Under the pieces are notes generated by a model. It saw only the letters and a list, made by a program, of their open reading frames with translations. It was not told the origin of the DNA and made no database searches. Of a stretch of 64,000 nt of DNA, positions 19,705 through 29,222 are shown piece after piece (position 1 is the stretch's first letter; each line of letters begins with the position of its first letter). Source of the DNA: Candidatus Aenigmatarchaeota archaeon (GTDB taxonomy: Archaea; Aenigmatarchaeota; Aenigmatarchaeia; QMZP01); NCBI GenBank assembly GCA_016198585.1, contig JACQII010000016.1, forward strand, positions 21,078 through 85,077. Direction: 5' to 3'. Both the position numbers and the translations under genes were made by a program.

Positions 19705-20330
19705 ACCGCCTGCTTCAGGTCGAGCAGCGAGTCCACGACCAGGTCCGCCCCCGCAGCCTCGAGTTGCCGCTCGTTGTAGTAGCCGGTAGTGATCCCGATC
19801 GCCAGGACGCCGGCCCGGTGGGCGGCTTCCATGTCCGACGGCGAGTCGCCGATGTAGCAGGACTGGATGTTCTTGACCGCCAGCTCGCGCATGGCCTGGA
19901 TGAGGCCGTCAGGCGCGGGCTTCGGCTTCTGGATGTCCTCGTAGGTGAGGATGGTCTTGAACTTTTCCCGAAGGTCTGGTGGGAAGAGGGCAGTCAACTG
20001 GCGGCGCGTGGTCGAGGTGATGATAGCAAGTCGGCGGACGCGGGCGAGCGATTCGATGACGTCGCGCGTCGCGGGGAAGAGGTACGGATCATCCTTCGCC
20101 ATCGAGAAGAAGAGGTCTTCCTTCTCCCGTAGCAGCGCGTCGACCTGGGCGGGGTTGCTCGTTCCTGCGAGCATCTCGATCTTCACGCGGGCCGGCAGGT
20201 GCATGACCTTCTGGAGCCGGTCGCGTGAGAGGGGGTAGCCGTGGGCCTTGGCGACCGCCAGGTAGGCGTTCTCGTGCAGCCGCAGGTCGTTGACCAGGAC
20301 GCCGTTGTAGTCGAACAGCACGGCCTTCAT
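19701..20330 (-). CDS. HAD-superfamily phosphatase (Gph-like)
   Basis: FDYNGVL motif I, ITS motif II, KPKPAPD, YIGDSPSD motif IV. Confidence 0.88.
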   Translation of the reverse strand: MKAVLFDYNGVLVNDLRLHENAYLAVAKAHGYPLSRDRLQKVMHLPARVKIEMLAGTSNPAQVDALLREKEDLFFSMAKDDPYLFPATRDVIESLARVRRLAIITSTTRRQLTALFPPDLREKFKTILTYEDIQKPKPAPDGLIQAMRELAVKNIQSCYIGDSPSDMEAAHRAGVLAIGITTGYYNERQLEAAGADLVVDSLLDLKQAV

Positions 20331-20376
20331 GCCTTCTTTTTAGGGGCGAGATTTTATATGCGCGAATGCTCCGATT

Positions 20377-21411
20377 TCATGGCTTCTGCCCGACCGTCAC
20401 CATGAGCAACCGGCTGTCGGGCAGGACCTGGTGCGGGTTGCCGTTCATCACTTGGTCGCGGACCAGACGGCGGGTGGCGATCGTGTCGAGCTGGAAGCCA
20501 GCCTGCTCCATCTCCTGGAGGTAGCGCTCGACCGGTCGGTGGCCTTCGAGGAGGTACATCTCGTCCGCCTTCCGGAACCCGTGGGCGGCCACGGCCTCCC
20601 GGCGGACCTCTGCCCAGCCCGTCCAGAAGCGCCGGATCATCTCGTTCGCGTTCTCGTCGTGACCCAGCGTTTGCCCGGGTTCGCGGGCGTATCGGGGAAA
20701 GGCCCGTCGGAAGGCGTCCATGTCCTGTTTCTTGGTGTCCCACTCCAAGCCCATCAGGAACTGGTACACGCGGCGCGGGTGCTCCCACATCGAGTTGTGC
20801 CAGTCCGCGGTCACGAAGAAGCCGCCGGGCCGCACGACGTAGGCGACCTGGGAGAACGTCGGTTCCAGGTAGGCGTGCGCGTGCACGCCGGCGACGGATG
20901 TGGCGACGGCGAACGCGCCCTCTTCGAAGCGCTCGGCGATCTGGGTGTCGTTCGCGAGCTCGATCGCGTAGTCCGTGATCCCCTCTTCCTGGAGCAGGGC
21001 CTCGGCAGCGTCGAGGCGGTGACGCGCGCCGTCCAGCAGGGTGTAGCGCGCCCGGTCACGGGCGTTGCCGTCCAAGGCGCGGTGGATTTCCCGCGCGGAG
21101 TGACCAGCCCCTGCGCCGACGTCGAGGATCGTGACCAGCCCGGCCGTCTCCTGAATGAGAGAGGCGACGACGCGGGCGTTCTCGGCCCGCAACCGCTGGG
21201 GAAAGTCGCCGAGGCCTGCCCGCACCGAGGCGTCGCTCACGTATTGCATCCATCGCGGGCTGCCTTCCACGAACTCGACGTCGTAGGCCTGCTCGCTCTC
21301 CCGGTGGTAGTTCCCTTCCGCGAGGCCCCACGCGGGGTAGGCGTAGCTGGGCACGCGCAGGACTGACCCCAGGCGGAATGGCAGGTGCCGGTCGTCCATC
21401 TCCGGGATCAT
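20377..21411 (-). CDS. Class I SAM-dependent methyltransferase
   Basis: ILDVGAGAG motif I, YTLLD, VVRPGGFFVTAD. Confidence 0.78.
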   Translation of the reverse strand: MIPEMDDRHLPFRLGSVLRVPSYAYPAWGLAEGNYHRESEQAYDVEFVEGSPRWMQYVSDASVRAGLGDFPQRLRAENARVVASLIQETAGLVTILDVGAGAGHSAREIHRALDGNARDRARYTLLDGARHRLDAAEALLQEEGITDYAIELANDTQIAERFEEGAFAVATSVAGVHAHAYLEPTFSQVAYVVRPGGFFVTADWHNSMWEHPRRVYQFLMGLEWDTKKQDMDAFRRAFPRYAREPGQTLGHDENANEMIRRFWTGWAEVRREAVAAHGFRKADEMYLLEGHRPVERYLQEMEQAGFQLDTIATRRLVRDQVMNGNPHQVLPDSRLLMVTVGQKP

Positions 21412-22256
21412 ACGCAGAGGTCCTCCACGGCCCGCGGATCCCGCACGATCTCGCCGAACGGCTCGAGCGCCCGCCCACGCAGAATGGGGATGCGCTCCCG
21501 CCGGAACGCATCTTCGTCGAGGGGGTTGAACCCGACTGCGACCCCGCCGCCCTGCTGGATCTTCTTGAGCGTGGGGATGTTTGCGGCCGAATCGTCGATC
21601 GCCGCGACCTCGGTCAAGGTATAGCCCGCGACCTCGAGATGGTCGAACAGGGCTATGCTCTTATCGTATCGGTCGACGATGCCGGTGAGCACCACATCGT
21701 CGCGATCGAGCATCTCATCGGAGAAGAGCGTCTTGCGGTTGCCCGCGATAACAGCCGCAGGCACGACACCCCAGTGGTCCATGCCCTCGCGGCGCGCCAC
21801 GTAGGAGACGAACGGTCCCAGCCCATCAGAGAATGCGGCCTGGTAGACCCCGCAGCCACGGAGCGAGGCGACGGTCTCGCGGAAACCGGGAGTGAGTGGG
21901 ACGCCGTCGGCGATCGCGCGGATCTCGGACATGGTGGTCCCCGTGAGCAGGGACTGCTTGCCCTCGACAGCCTGGGGTTTGCTTAGGACCGGTCGCCCGC
22001 CAGACTTCAGTTCGTAGAAGAAGTCCGTCAGCATCGCCGCGAGGTCTGCCATTCGAGCGATCGGCGCATCCGGATCCTTGCCCCGGTAGGCGGCCCATGC
22101 CGCGACATCGGCCGGCGTGAACCAGCCGCGATCGAGGAATCCTTCGAGGTAGGGCCGGGGATTGCTGACCGATTGGTCGGCGCAGTAGGAGGTCGAGATC
22201 CCGGGATACCATACCCGGTCCACGTCCCAACAGACAACGCGTTGCATGGTGGTCAT
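21408..22256 (-). CDS. HAD-like hydrolase (SerB-like, divergent)
   Basis: WDVDRV DxD, LTPGFRE, FSDG, DK, AIDDSAANI. Confidence 0.65.
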   Translation of the reverse strand: MTTMQRVVCWDVDRVWYPGISTSYCADQSVSNPRPYLEGFLDRGWFTPADVAAWAAYRGKDPDAPIARMADLAAMLTDFFYELKSGGRPVLSKPQAVEGKQSLLTGTTMSEIRAIADGVPLTPGFRETVASLRGCGVYQAAFSDGLGPFVSYVARREGMDHWGVVPAAVIAGNRKTLFSDEMLDRDDVVLTGIVDRYDKSIALFDHLEVAGYTLTEVAAIDDSAANIPTLKKIQQGGGVAVGFNPLDEDAFRRERIPILRGRALEPFGEIVRDPRAVEDLCV

Positions 22257-22326
22257 TAGGGGTTATTCTTTTAAACCATGCTGTAGCGGCTCCGACGGCG
22301 CTGCTTTTTAAGCGGAACCTCCAAGC

Positions 22327-23346
22327 ATGGGCATGGTGACGGTGTCTGCCCCGGGAAAAGTCCACCTCATCGGCGAGCACGCCGTGGTCTATGGCAAGCC
22401 CGCGATCCTCGCGGCCGTGGGCCGCCGGATCCTGGTGACGGCGGCGAAGGCCGACCAGGTGGAAGTCTCGGACAAGGAGATGGAGTTTCCTAACCAGTCC
22501 TGGACCGCCCAGGAGTGCAGGGAAGCGGCCGCCCAGGCGTTCCGGGCCTGGGATACCGGGTCGCGGGAGAAGGACTTTTCCCGCGTCTTCGCCCTCTCCC
22601 ACGGCAACAACTTCAAGAAGATCGGCATCGGCCATGCGCTTTCCCGGCTCGGCATCGACGGCGGCGTCCGCCTGGAGATCAGCGGCGGCGTCCCGGTCGG
22701 GTCCGGCCTGGGATCGTCAGCCTCGCTCGCGGTCGCGCTGGTGAAGGCGATCGCCGAGGCGTACCACAAGCCGCTACCGCTCGCCGAGGTCAATGCCCTG
22801 GCCTACGACATCGAGAAGGTGATGCACGGCTCCCCGTCCGGCGGCGACAACACTGCCTGCTGTTATGGAGGGTTGTCCTGGTTCGTGAAGGGCCAGCTGG
22901 TGGAGCCACTGCACCTCGCCCGGCCGCTGGAGAACGTCATGTTCGTCTACACCCGCAAGCCGGTCAAGACCACGGGAGAGCTAGTGCAGCTGGTGCGCGA
23001 CCTGGACGTCCGGATCCGCGAGCCCCACATCGAAGCCCTCGGTCGGGCCGCGTTCGCGATGCGCGATGCCCTCCTGGCCGGCGACCACGCGAAGATCATG
23101 TCCCTCATCAACGCGGCCCAGGAGCACCTCGCGCGGTTAGGGGTATCGGTCCCGGAAATCGACCGCGTCCACGAGCGTATGCAGGAGATCGGCGGCGCGG
23201 CCAAGGGCTGCGGCGCGATGGGCGGCGGCATTGTGCTCTGCTACCATCCTGACAAGGCCAGGATGACCGAAACCCTCCGGGCGATGGGCTTCTCGCCGTG
23301 GGACGCCCCGCTCGCGGTCGAGGGCGTCCGCGTCGAACACAGCTGA
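22327..23346 (+). CDS. mvk: Mevalonate kinase
   Basis: APGKVHLIGEHAVVYG, PVGSGLGSSAS, EKVMHGSPSGGD, KGCGAMGGG. Confidence 0.92.
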   Translation: MGMVTVSAPGKVHLIGEHAVVYGKPAILAAVGRRILVTAAKADQVEVSDKEMEFPNQSWTAQECREAAAQAFRAWDTGSREKDFSRVFALSHGNNFKKIGIGHALSRLGIDGGVRLEISGGVPVGSGLGSSASLAVALVKAIAEAYHKPLPLAEVNALAYDIEKVMHGSPSGGDNTACCYGGLSWFVKGQLVEPLHLARPLENVMFVYTRKPVKTTGELVQLVRDLDVRIREPHIEALGRAAFAMRDALLAGDHAKIMSLINAAQEHLARLGVSVPEIDRVHERMQEIGGAAKGCGAMGGGIVLCYHPDKARMTETLRAMGFSPWDAPLAVEGVRVEHS

Positions 23347-23385
23347 CTCGGCAAAGGTTTTAAAGATTGTGACCAAGGAGAAGGC

Positions 23386-24513
23386 ATGATCACGGTCTCC
23401 GCACCGGGCAAGCTGTTTATCGCCGGCGAGTGGGCCATCCTCGAACTGGGCAACGCGGGCATCGTGACCGCGGTGAACAAGCGCGTGAGCGCCGAGGTCT
23501 CCCCCCTGGCGGGCAAGTACATCTCTGTCCACATCGATGACTTCCGGATCAAGGACCTGCGCTTCTCGTGGGACGGTCAGGCCCTGAAGCTGTTCCCTAA
23601 CTACAAGGTCGATGAAGACCTCATCAAGTTCACCCGGGTGTCGATCGAAACTGCCCTGCGCTTCCTGCAGGAGAAATCCATTCCGTTCAAGCCCTTTAAG
23701 ATCCGCACCAAGGGGGAAGACACCAAAGTCCAGGTCGACGGGAAAGCCGTGAAACTGGGCTTCGGCTCCTCGGCGGCCTCGACCGTGGCTGTCGTGAAGG
23801 CCATCCTGGACTTCCACGGCTACCCGGCCACCAAGGACGAGGTCTTCAAGCTGGCCACCATCGCCCACTACTTCGTGCAGGGCAAGGCGGGCAGCGGTTT
23901 CGACGTCGCGGCCTCGACCTACGGCGGCGTCTTCATGTACAAGCGGTTCGACGGCGACTGGCTGGTGCGCAAGGTGGAGGAGGGGAAATCCCTCGCCAAG
24001 ATCGTGGCGGACACCTGGCCGCGCCTCGAAGTCGAGCCGCTCCAAGTCCCGCCGGGCATGTTCCTCGACATCGGATGGACCCGCGCGCCCGCATCGACCG
24101 TCAACCTGGTCAAGCAGGTCAATGAGTGGGCCAAGAGCAACCGCTCCGCTGCCCGGGCCAGCTACACCAGCATCGGCCGGCTGATGATGGAGCTCCTGCC
24201 CGCCTGGCGGGCGAAGAAGCCTGTCCGCATCGTCGAGCTGCTCCGCAAGAACGAGGACCTGCTCCGCGAGCTGGGCCAGAAGGCGGGCGTCGAGATCGAA
24301 ACCCAGGACCTGCGCACGCTGAGCGAGCAGGCGAACCGGGCTGGCGGGGCCGGGAAGCTCTCCGGCGCAGGCGGCGGCGACTGCGGCATCGCGGTCAGCT
24401 TCAGCCCCGAGGTCTCGAAGAAGATCCGCCAGTCATGGACAGAAGCGGGCTTCCCGATCATCGACGCGGCCATCGATCCCCAGGGCGTCCTCAGCCAGCA
24501 GGCTCCCGATTGA
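23386..24513 (+). CDS. mvaK2: Phosphomevalonate kinase (GHMP family, ERG8/MvaK2-like)
   Basis: APGKLFIAGEWAILE, KLGFGSSAA, GSGFDVAAS, KLSGAGGGDCGIA; directly after mvk. Confidence 0.85.
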   Translation: MITVSAPGKLFIAGEWAILELGNAGIVTAVNKRVSAEVSPLAGKYISVHIDDFRIKDLRFSWDGQALKLFPNYKVDEDLIKFTRVSIETALRFLQEKSIPFKPFKIRTKGEDTKVQVDGKAVKLGFGSSAASTVAVVKAILDFHGYPATKDEVFKLATIAHYFVQGKAGSGFDVAASTYGGVFMYKRFDGDWLVRKVEEGKSLAKIVADTWPRLEVEPLQVPPGMFLDIGWTRAPASTVNLVKQVNEWAKSNRSAARASYTSIGRLMMELLPAWRAKKPVRIVELLRKNEDLLRELGQKAGVEIETQDLRTLSEQANRAGGAGKLSGAGGGDCGIAVSFSPEVSKKIRQSWTEAGFPIIDAAIDPQGVLSQQAPD

Positions 24514-24608
24514 ATGCATCCCCCACTCCTGGCGCTGGCACGGCCCAGGTTACCACAGAGCAACTAGCCTCATGAACCTTCTTTAGGAGGCAGAATGAAT
24601 ATGAGTAT

Positions 24609-25082
24609 ATGACCGCCCTGCGCAGAGGCCAGTCCACGGTGGAATACCTCATGACGTACGGTTGGGTGATCCTGATTGTCGTCATCGTGGCTGCCGTCCT
24701 CCTCGCGCTCGGGGTCTTCGACTCGACCAGCTACACCACGACGGCAGCGGTCGGATTCACCGAGTTCCAGATTCCCGTCGGCGGCTTCAAGCTGGGGTCT
24801 GACGGCGTGCTGATCCTCCAGGTGGTCAATCAGGTCGGCGGAGATGTCCTGGTCACCGGCTCCATGGCGACCGTCAGTAGCGTGGTCCAGCCGAATAGGT
24901 TTCCGATCAATGGCGGCAATGTCCTCGGCCCCAAGCAGACCGCGGTCATCACGTACATCGGCCTCCCGAAGAAGCCCGCCGGCTCGCCCTACAGCGCCCG
25001 CGTGAACATCACCTATACGAACGTGAAGACCGGCCTGGCCGGCTTTGTCGTCACAGGCACCCTCACAGGCTTCGTGTCATAA
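24609..25082 (+). CDS. Second archaeal type IV pilin
   Basis: RRG|QSTVEYLMTYGWVILIV; clear paralog of 17269-17748. Confidence 0.85.
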   Translation: MTALRRGQSTVEYLMTYGWVILIVVIVAAVLLALGVFDSTSYTTTAAVGFTEFQIPVGGFKLGSDGVLILQVVNQVGGDVLVTGSMATVSSVVQPNRFPINGGNVLGPKQTAVITYIGLPKKPAGSPYSARVNITYTNVKTGLAGFVVTGTLTGFVS

Positions 25083-25172
25083 CCGGCTGGGTGTCAGCCC
25101 GAGGAACAGGAAAGACTGGAAAGAAGTGGAAATTTTCTGGGTTTCTTGGTTAAACTTCTTTCTCAAAGAAGT

Positions 25173-26267
25173 TTATTCGATGAAGTCGACGCCGAGGACG
25201 CGCTCCATTTCCTTCTGCTTCTCGGCGGTGATGGTCTTAGCCGGGCCGAAGATCTGCGCGCTCTTCACGCCGGTCAGGATCAGCATCGAGCGGATGGTGT
25301 CGCCAAGTTCCTTCACGATCTGGGCTCCCCAGATGATCTTGGCGTCCGCGTTGATCTTGGTGGAGACGGCCTCGACGATCTCCTGGCACTCGCGGATCGT
25401 GACGTCGCTGCCCCCGGAGACATTGACCAAGGCGCCGACTGCCCCGTCGATGTCGACATCAAGCAGCGGGTTGTTCAGGGCCTTCTCGACCGATTCCGCT
25501 GCGCGGTTCTCGGTGTCCGACTCGCCCATCCCGATCATGGCCAGTCCGCCCGAGCCCATCACGGCCCGGATGTCAGCGAAGTCCAGGTTCACCAAACCAG
25601 GTTTCGTGATCAGCTCGGCGATGCCCTTCACGGCGTTCACCAGGATCTCGTCGGCGACCTTGAACGCCGTGGTCACCGAGACGTCGGGCACGATGTCCAG
25701 AAGCTTGTCGTTGGGGATCATGATGAGGGTGTCGACCACGCCTTCGAGGTTCTCAAGGCCTTCCTGCGCGTTGCGCGCGCGCTGCCGGCCTTCCATGGAG
25801 AAAGGCAGCGTCACGATCGCCACGGTGAGGGCGCCGAGCTTCTTGGCGATGTCGGCGATGATCGGCGCGCTGCCGGTTCCCGTTCCTCCTCCGAGTCCGC
25901 AGTTGATGAAGACCATATCCGCCCCTTCGAGGGCGGTCTTGATCTCTTCCTTGGACTCTTTCGCAGCTTCCATGCCGATCTTCGGATCGGCGCCGGCGCC
26001 GAGGCCGCCGGTGATGTCCTTGCCGATGAGGACCTTCCGGTCCGCGTCGCTGTAGAGCAAATCCTGTGCGTCGGTGTTGATCGCGATGGTCTCCGCCCCC
26101 ACGATGCCGACCTGCATCAGGCGGGAGACGGTGTTGCCGCCGGCGCCGCCGGCGCCGACAACCTTGATCTCGGCCTTGCGGGATTCGAGAATCTTGCGGA
26201 GTTCGTCGTCAACCTGGTTCCTTTTCTCAGGATATTCTGCCTGTGGGGTCAGAAACATTTCCGCCAT
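25173..26267 (-). CDS. ftsZ: Cell division protein FtsZ
   Basis: [24 protein letters not shown] tubulin signature, NLDFAD. Confidence 0.97.
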   Translation of the reverse strand: MAEMFLTPQAEYPEKRNQVDDELRKILESRKAEIKVVGAGGAGGNTVSRLMQVGIVGAETIAINTDAQDLLYSDADRKVLIGKDITGGLGAGADPKIGMEAAKESKEEIKTALEGADMVFINCGLGGGTGTGSAPIIADIAKKLGALTVAIVTLPFSMEGRQRARNAQEGLENLEGVVDTLIMIPNDKLLDIVPDVSVTTAFKVADEILVNAVKGIAELITKPGLVNLDFADIRAVMGSGGLAMIGMGESDTENRAAESVEKALNNPLLDVDIDGAVGALVNVSGGSDVTIRECQEIVEAVSTKINADAKIIWGAQIVKELGDTIRSMLILTGVKSAQIFGPAKTITAEKQKEMERVLGVDFIE

Positions 26268-26314
26268 AGCTGTTCACGCATGATCTTATTTATCCAACTC
26301 TATACGAGTAAGAT

Positions 26315-26986
26315 TTAAATACCTTTAGCGACACCGGAATTTTTTGCCGGCTCCGCCCGCGGTGCGAACGACACCTCGCGCACGTCCTTTACCCAGCGCA
26401 GGACCATCTCCCTGATCGCCTGCTGCTCAGGCTCGGGGACGTCGCCGTGGACAGTCAGGACTTTGTCGGCAAGCGCGGTCTCGCGCGCGACGCCGAAGTG
26501 CGCGAACAGCTCCTTGACTTTCTCGGCCGGGTCGCGGACGACGGCGACAACCTTCACCCAGTAGTCGAGGGGCTTGCCCGCAAGCGGATGGTTGAAGTCG
26601 ACCCTCACGCGGCCGCCCGAGACTGATTGGATCCGGCCGCGCAGGCCTTCGATGTGCACGTACCCGCCAACAACGGGCGAGATGTTCTGCTTCAGGAAGT
26701 GCGTCATCGAGAACACTTTCACCAGCCGCGGGTTGCGCGCGCCGAAGCCGTCTGCGGGCTCGAGACGGAAGCGGCGCTCCTCTCCGTCTTGCATCCCGAG
26801 GAGCTGCTTCTCCACGCCGGGGATGACCATGTGCGCGCCGATGATCACCAGCTCCGGCTGGTAGGACTTCTTGGGGTCGAGGATCCCTTCCTGCCGGGCC
26901 ACCTCGGCCTGCGTGAAGTCGAACACCTGGCCAGTATCAGCGATCCTGCCGGTGAATTCGATCTTCAGGAAGTCCGCATGTTGCAT
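26315..26986 (-). CDS. FKBP-type peptidyl-prolyl isomerase (archaeal SlyD-like, long form)
   Basis: KIEFTGR...FD, IPGVEKQL, GFGAR, VDFNHPLAGK. Confidence 0.88.
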   Translation of the reverse strand: MQHADFLKIEFTGRIADTGQVFDFTQAEVARQEGILDPKKSYQPELVIIGAHMVIPGVEKQLLGMQDGEERRFRLEPADGFGARNPRLVKVFSMTHFLKQNISPVVGGYVHIEGLRGRIQSVSGGRVRVDFNHPLAGKPLDYWVKVVAVVRDPAEKVKELFAHFGVARETALADKVLTVHGDVPEPEQQAIREMVLRWVKDVREVSFAPRAEPAKNSGVAKGI

Positions 26987-27033
26987 AGTCCATATTGCTG
27001 ACTCCCGTTTATAAACGCTGCCCCGCCATGCGA

Positions 27034-27870
27034 CTATGGATAGGTGTAGTTGAGGACGACCGCGCCCGCCGCATCGCGCAGCAGGACCTGGTCGCCGTCG
27101 TTGTTCCAGACCGCGACGTCGCGTCCCCAGTAGAGGTCAGTCGCATTGTCCGCTCCCGGACCGCTGTGCAGCGTCACGGCCGTCTTCGCGGCAAGCGAGA
27201 ACGGCCTGAAGACGTACGCGCTCTTCCCGCTGTCCTGAAGCGTCCAGCCCGTCAGGTCGAGCGGATGCGTGCACTTGTTCCTGAAGCTGACCCATTCGCG
27301 GTTGAGGTGTTCGTTATCGTTGCCCCAGGGATTGTGGCGCAGCGAGAAGATACCGATGCAGGCCTCGGTCTCCGAGCTCCAGATCCCGAGGCCCTTCTCT
27401 CGAGCGTACGCCTCGTGGGCGAGGAGGTCGTCGGCCAGCAGGATCTCGGGCCCGATGAGCAGGACCGACGCGTAGCCGTTGCGGATGAGCTCGCGGTTCA
27501 CGAAGGTCTGGTTGGCGAAGACGTACCGCAGCAGGCGGTCGTACTTGTCACGGTCGTCCAGGTCGGCGACGAGGGTCACGTTCTTGTCTTCCACCAGGCC
27601 ACGCAGGAGGTCTGTCGCTTCCTTCGCGAACGGCTGGCCTTTCTCCGGCGTGTCGATGCCCAGCAACCGGACGTATTCCTTGGTCGCGAGCACGACCGTG
27701 TCGCCATCGACGACGCGATCCACGACCGCCGGTTCACCTTTGAGTGTTAGGATTGTGGCAGGCTCCGCACCCACTGGTTCCTGCGCGAAGAGCATCCCCG
27801 TCAGCGACAGGCCAGAGAACAGCAGCGCGAGCAACGCGACCAGGACAACAAGGGAGACCAGACGGTTCAT
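27034..27870 (-). CDS. Secreted thermonuclease (SNase) fused to a lamin-tail domain
   Basis: Signal/anchor helix; VVDGDT, VRLLGIDTPE, DKYDRLLRYV; EWV...DLTGWTL...VWNNDGDQVLLRD (LTD). Confidence 0.88.
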   Translation of the reverse strand: MNRLVSLVVLVALLALLFSGLSLTGMLFAQEPVGAEPATILTLKGEPAVVDRVVDGDTVVLATKEYVRLLGIDTPEKGQPFAKEATDLLRGLVEDKNVTLVADLDDRDKYDRLLRYVFANQTFVNRELIRNGYASVLLIGPEILLADDLLAHEAYAREKGLGIWSSETEACIGIFSLRHNPWGNDNEHLNREWVSFRNKCTHPLDLTGWTLQDSGKSAYVFRPFSLAAKTAVTLHSGPGADNATDLYWGRDVAVWNNDGDQVLLRDAAGAVVLNYTYP

Positions 27871-28193
27871 GTCTTTCCACTCGTGCGGATCAGGGCGAGG
27901 ATCAGCTTCGCGGTCTTGAGGACGTCGTCCTCGTCGTCCGCAGCCCGGATGGTTACCTCGCCCGAGGAGAAGATCAGGATGTGCTTGCCGCCGAGCCGGG
28001 CAGTCGCCATGCCCATGGCCGGGAAGGGCTTGATCTCGTCGAACGCGCCTGCAGCCGCGAGACGGCCGATCAGGTCGGGCGGCGGCGAGGTGAGCCTGAG
28101 CTTTGCCATCTTCTTTCCCTTCTCCATGGTGCAGGGCCGGATCGCGTGGATGGTGTAGTCCCGGTTGACCAGGGTCAGTGATTCGCCGTCCAT
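27867..28193 (-). CDS. Hypothetical protein
   Basis: 108 aa ORF with host codon bias whose stop overlaps the nuclease start; function not recognised. Confidence 0.5.
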   Translation of the reverse strand: MDGESLTLVNRDYTIHAIRPCTMEKGKKMAKLRLTSPPPDLIGRLAAAGAFDEIKPFPAMGMATARLGGKHILIFSSGEVTIRAADDEDDVLKTAKLILALIRTSGKT

Positions 28194-28348
28194 GACATGA
28201 TCCTGTGGACTCGCGGGCTTAAATCCTGGCCGCCCACTCACCGAAAGGAAACGCGGGTCGGAACAGGGATGCAGCAGCCACGAGCCAGGGGCTTAAAAGC
28301 CGTATTTAACGGTGTTATATATAAAGCCGCAGAACCCTAGATATATAC

Positions 28349-28651
28349 ATGAAAACCGTTTTCGAGGTGGTCTCCCAGGAGGTTCTCCCGTGCGTGCGGG
28401 CCCTGGTGGCAAAGAAACTCATCGAAAACGGGTTCTCGCAAAAGCAGGTCGCGGACAAGCTCAAGGTCTCGCAGCCGGCGATCTCCCAGTACAAGCGCGA
28501 CCTACGCGGCCACCGGACTGGCATCTTCGTGAACTATCCGCGCCTGCTCGAGGACGTCGACGCGGTCGCCAAGCGGGTCGCCTCTGGAGAACTCTCCATG
28601 GAACAGGCGACGACGCAGCTCTTCGAGACCTGCCGCACGCTGATCGAATAA
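28349..28651 (+). CDS. Predicted HTH transcriptional regulator
   Basis: VLPCVRALVAKKLIE, SQKQVADKLKVSQPAISQY HTH; TATA box at ~28316. Confidence 0.8.
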   Translation: MKTVFEVVSQEVLPCVRALVAKKLIENGFSQKQVADKLKVSQPAISQYKRDLRGHRTGIFVNYPRLLEDVDAVAKRVASGELSMEQATTQLFETCRTLIE

Positions 28652-28697
28652 GTGACTCTCCGTTCACATTTATACGGGAGAAGAACGAAGCATCCTC

Positions 28698-29222
28698 ATG
28701 GCAAGCGCGCTGATCGTCATCGACGTGCAGAACTATTTCGTGCGCGGAAGCTCCAGGAGTCTGCCCCGGAAGATCGCCGCCTTCGTCAGAAAAAACAGGT
28801 ATGACGTCGTGCTGTTCACGAAGTTCGTGAACAGGGAAGGCTCCAACTTCTTCAGGACACTCGGCTGGAAGAAGTGCACCCGTCCTCCGGAAACTGACCT
28901 CCACCCCGCGCTCACTGCGCTCGCCAGGAAACACCATGTCTTCGAGAAGTCGACGTATTCCGCCTTCAAGTCCCCCGGCCTCGTCGCGTTCCTGAAGAAG
29001 CACCGGGTCACCAGCGTGGCGCTCTGCGGGACGAACACGGACGCCTGCGTCCTCGCTTCAGCGTTCGAGGGGTTTGACCTCGGATATCGCATGGAGATCC
29101 TGACCGACCTCTGCAGCAGCCGCGGCGGACCTGGACTGCACGCGTCCGCAGGGAAAATCATCAGGGAGAACCTGCGGAGAGGGAAGGCTACGCGAACTCG
29201 AGGTGCAGCTTCCCGTCCTTGA
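28698..29222 (+). CDS. Cysteine hydrolase / isochorismatase family protein
   Basis: LIVIDVQNYF, FEKSTYSAF, CGTNTDACV. Confidence 0.85.
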   Translation: MASALIVIDVQNYFVRGSSRSLPRKIAAFVRKNRYDVVLFTKFVNREGSNFFRTLGWKKCTRPPETDLHPALTALARKHHVFEKSTYSAFKSPGLVAFLKKHRVTSVALCGTNTDACVLASAFEGFDLGYRMEILTDLCSSRGGPGLHASAGKIIRENLRRGKATRTRGAASRP

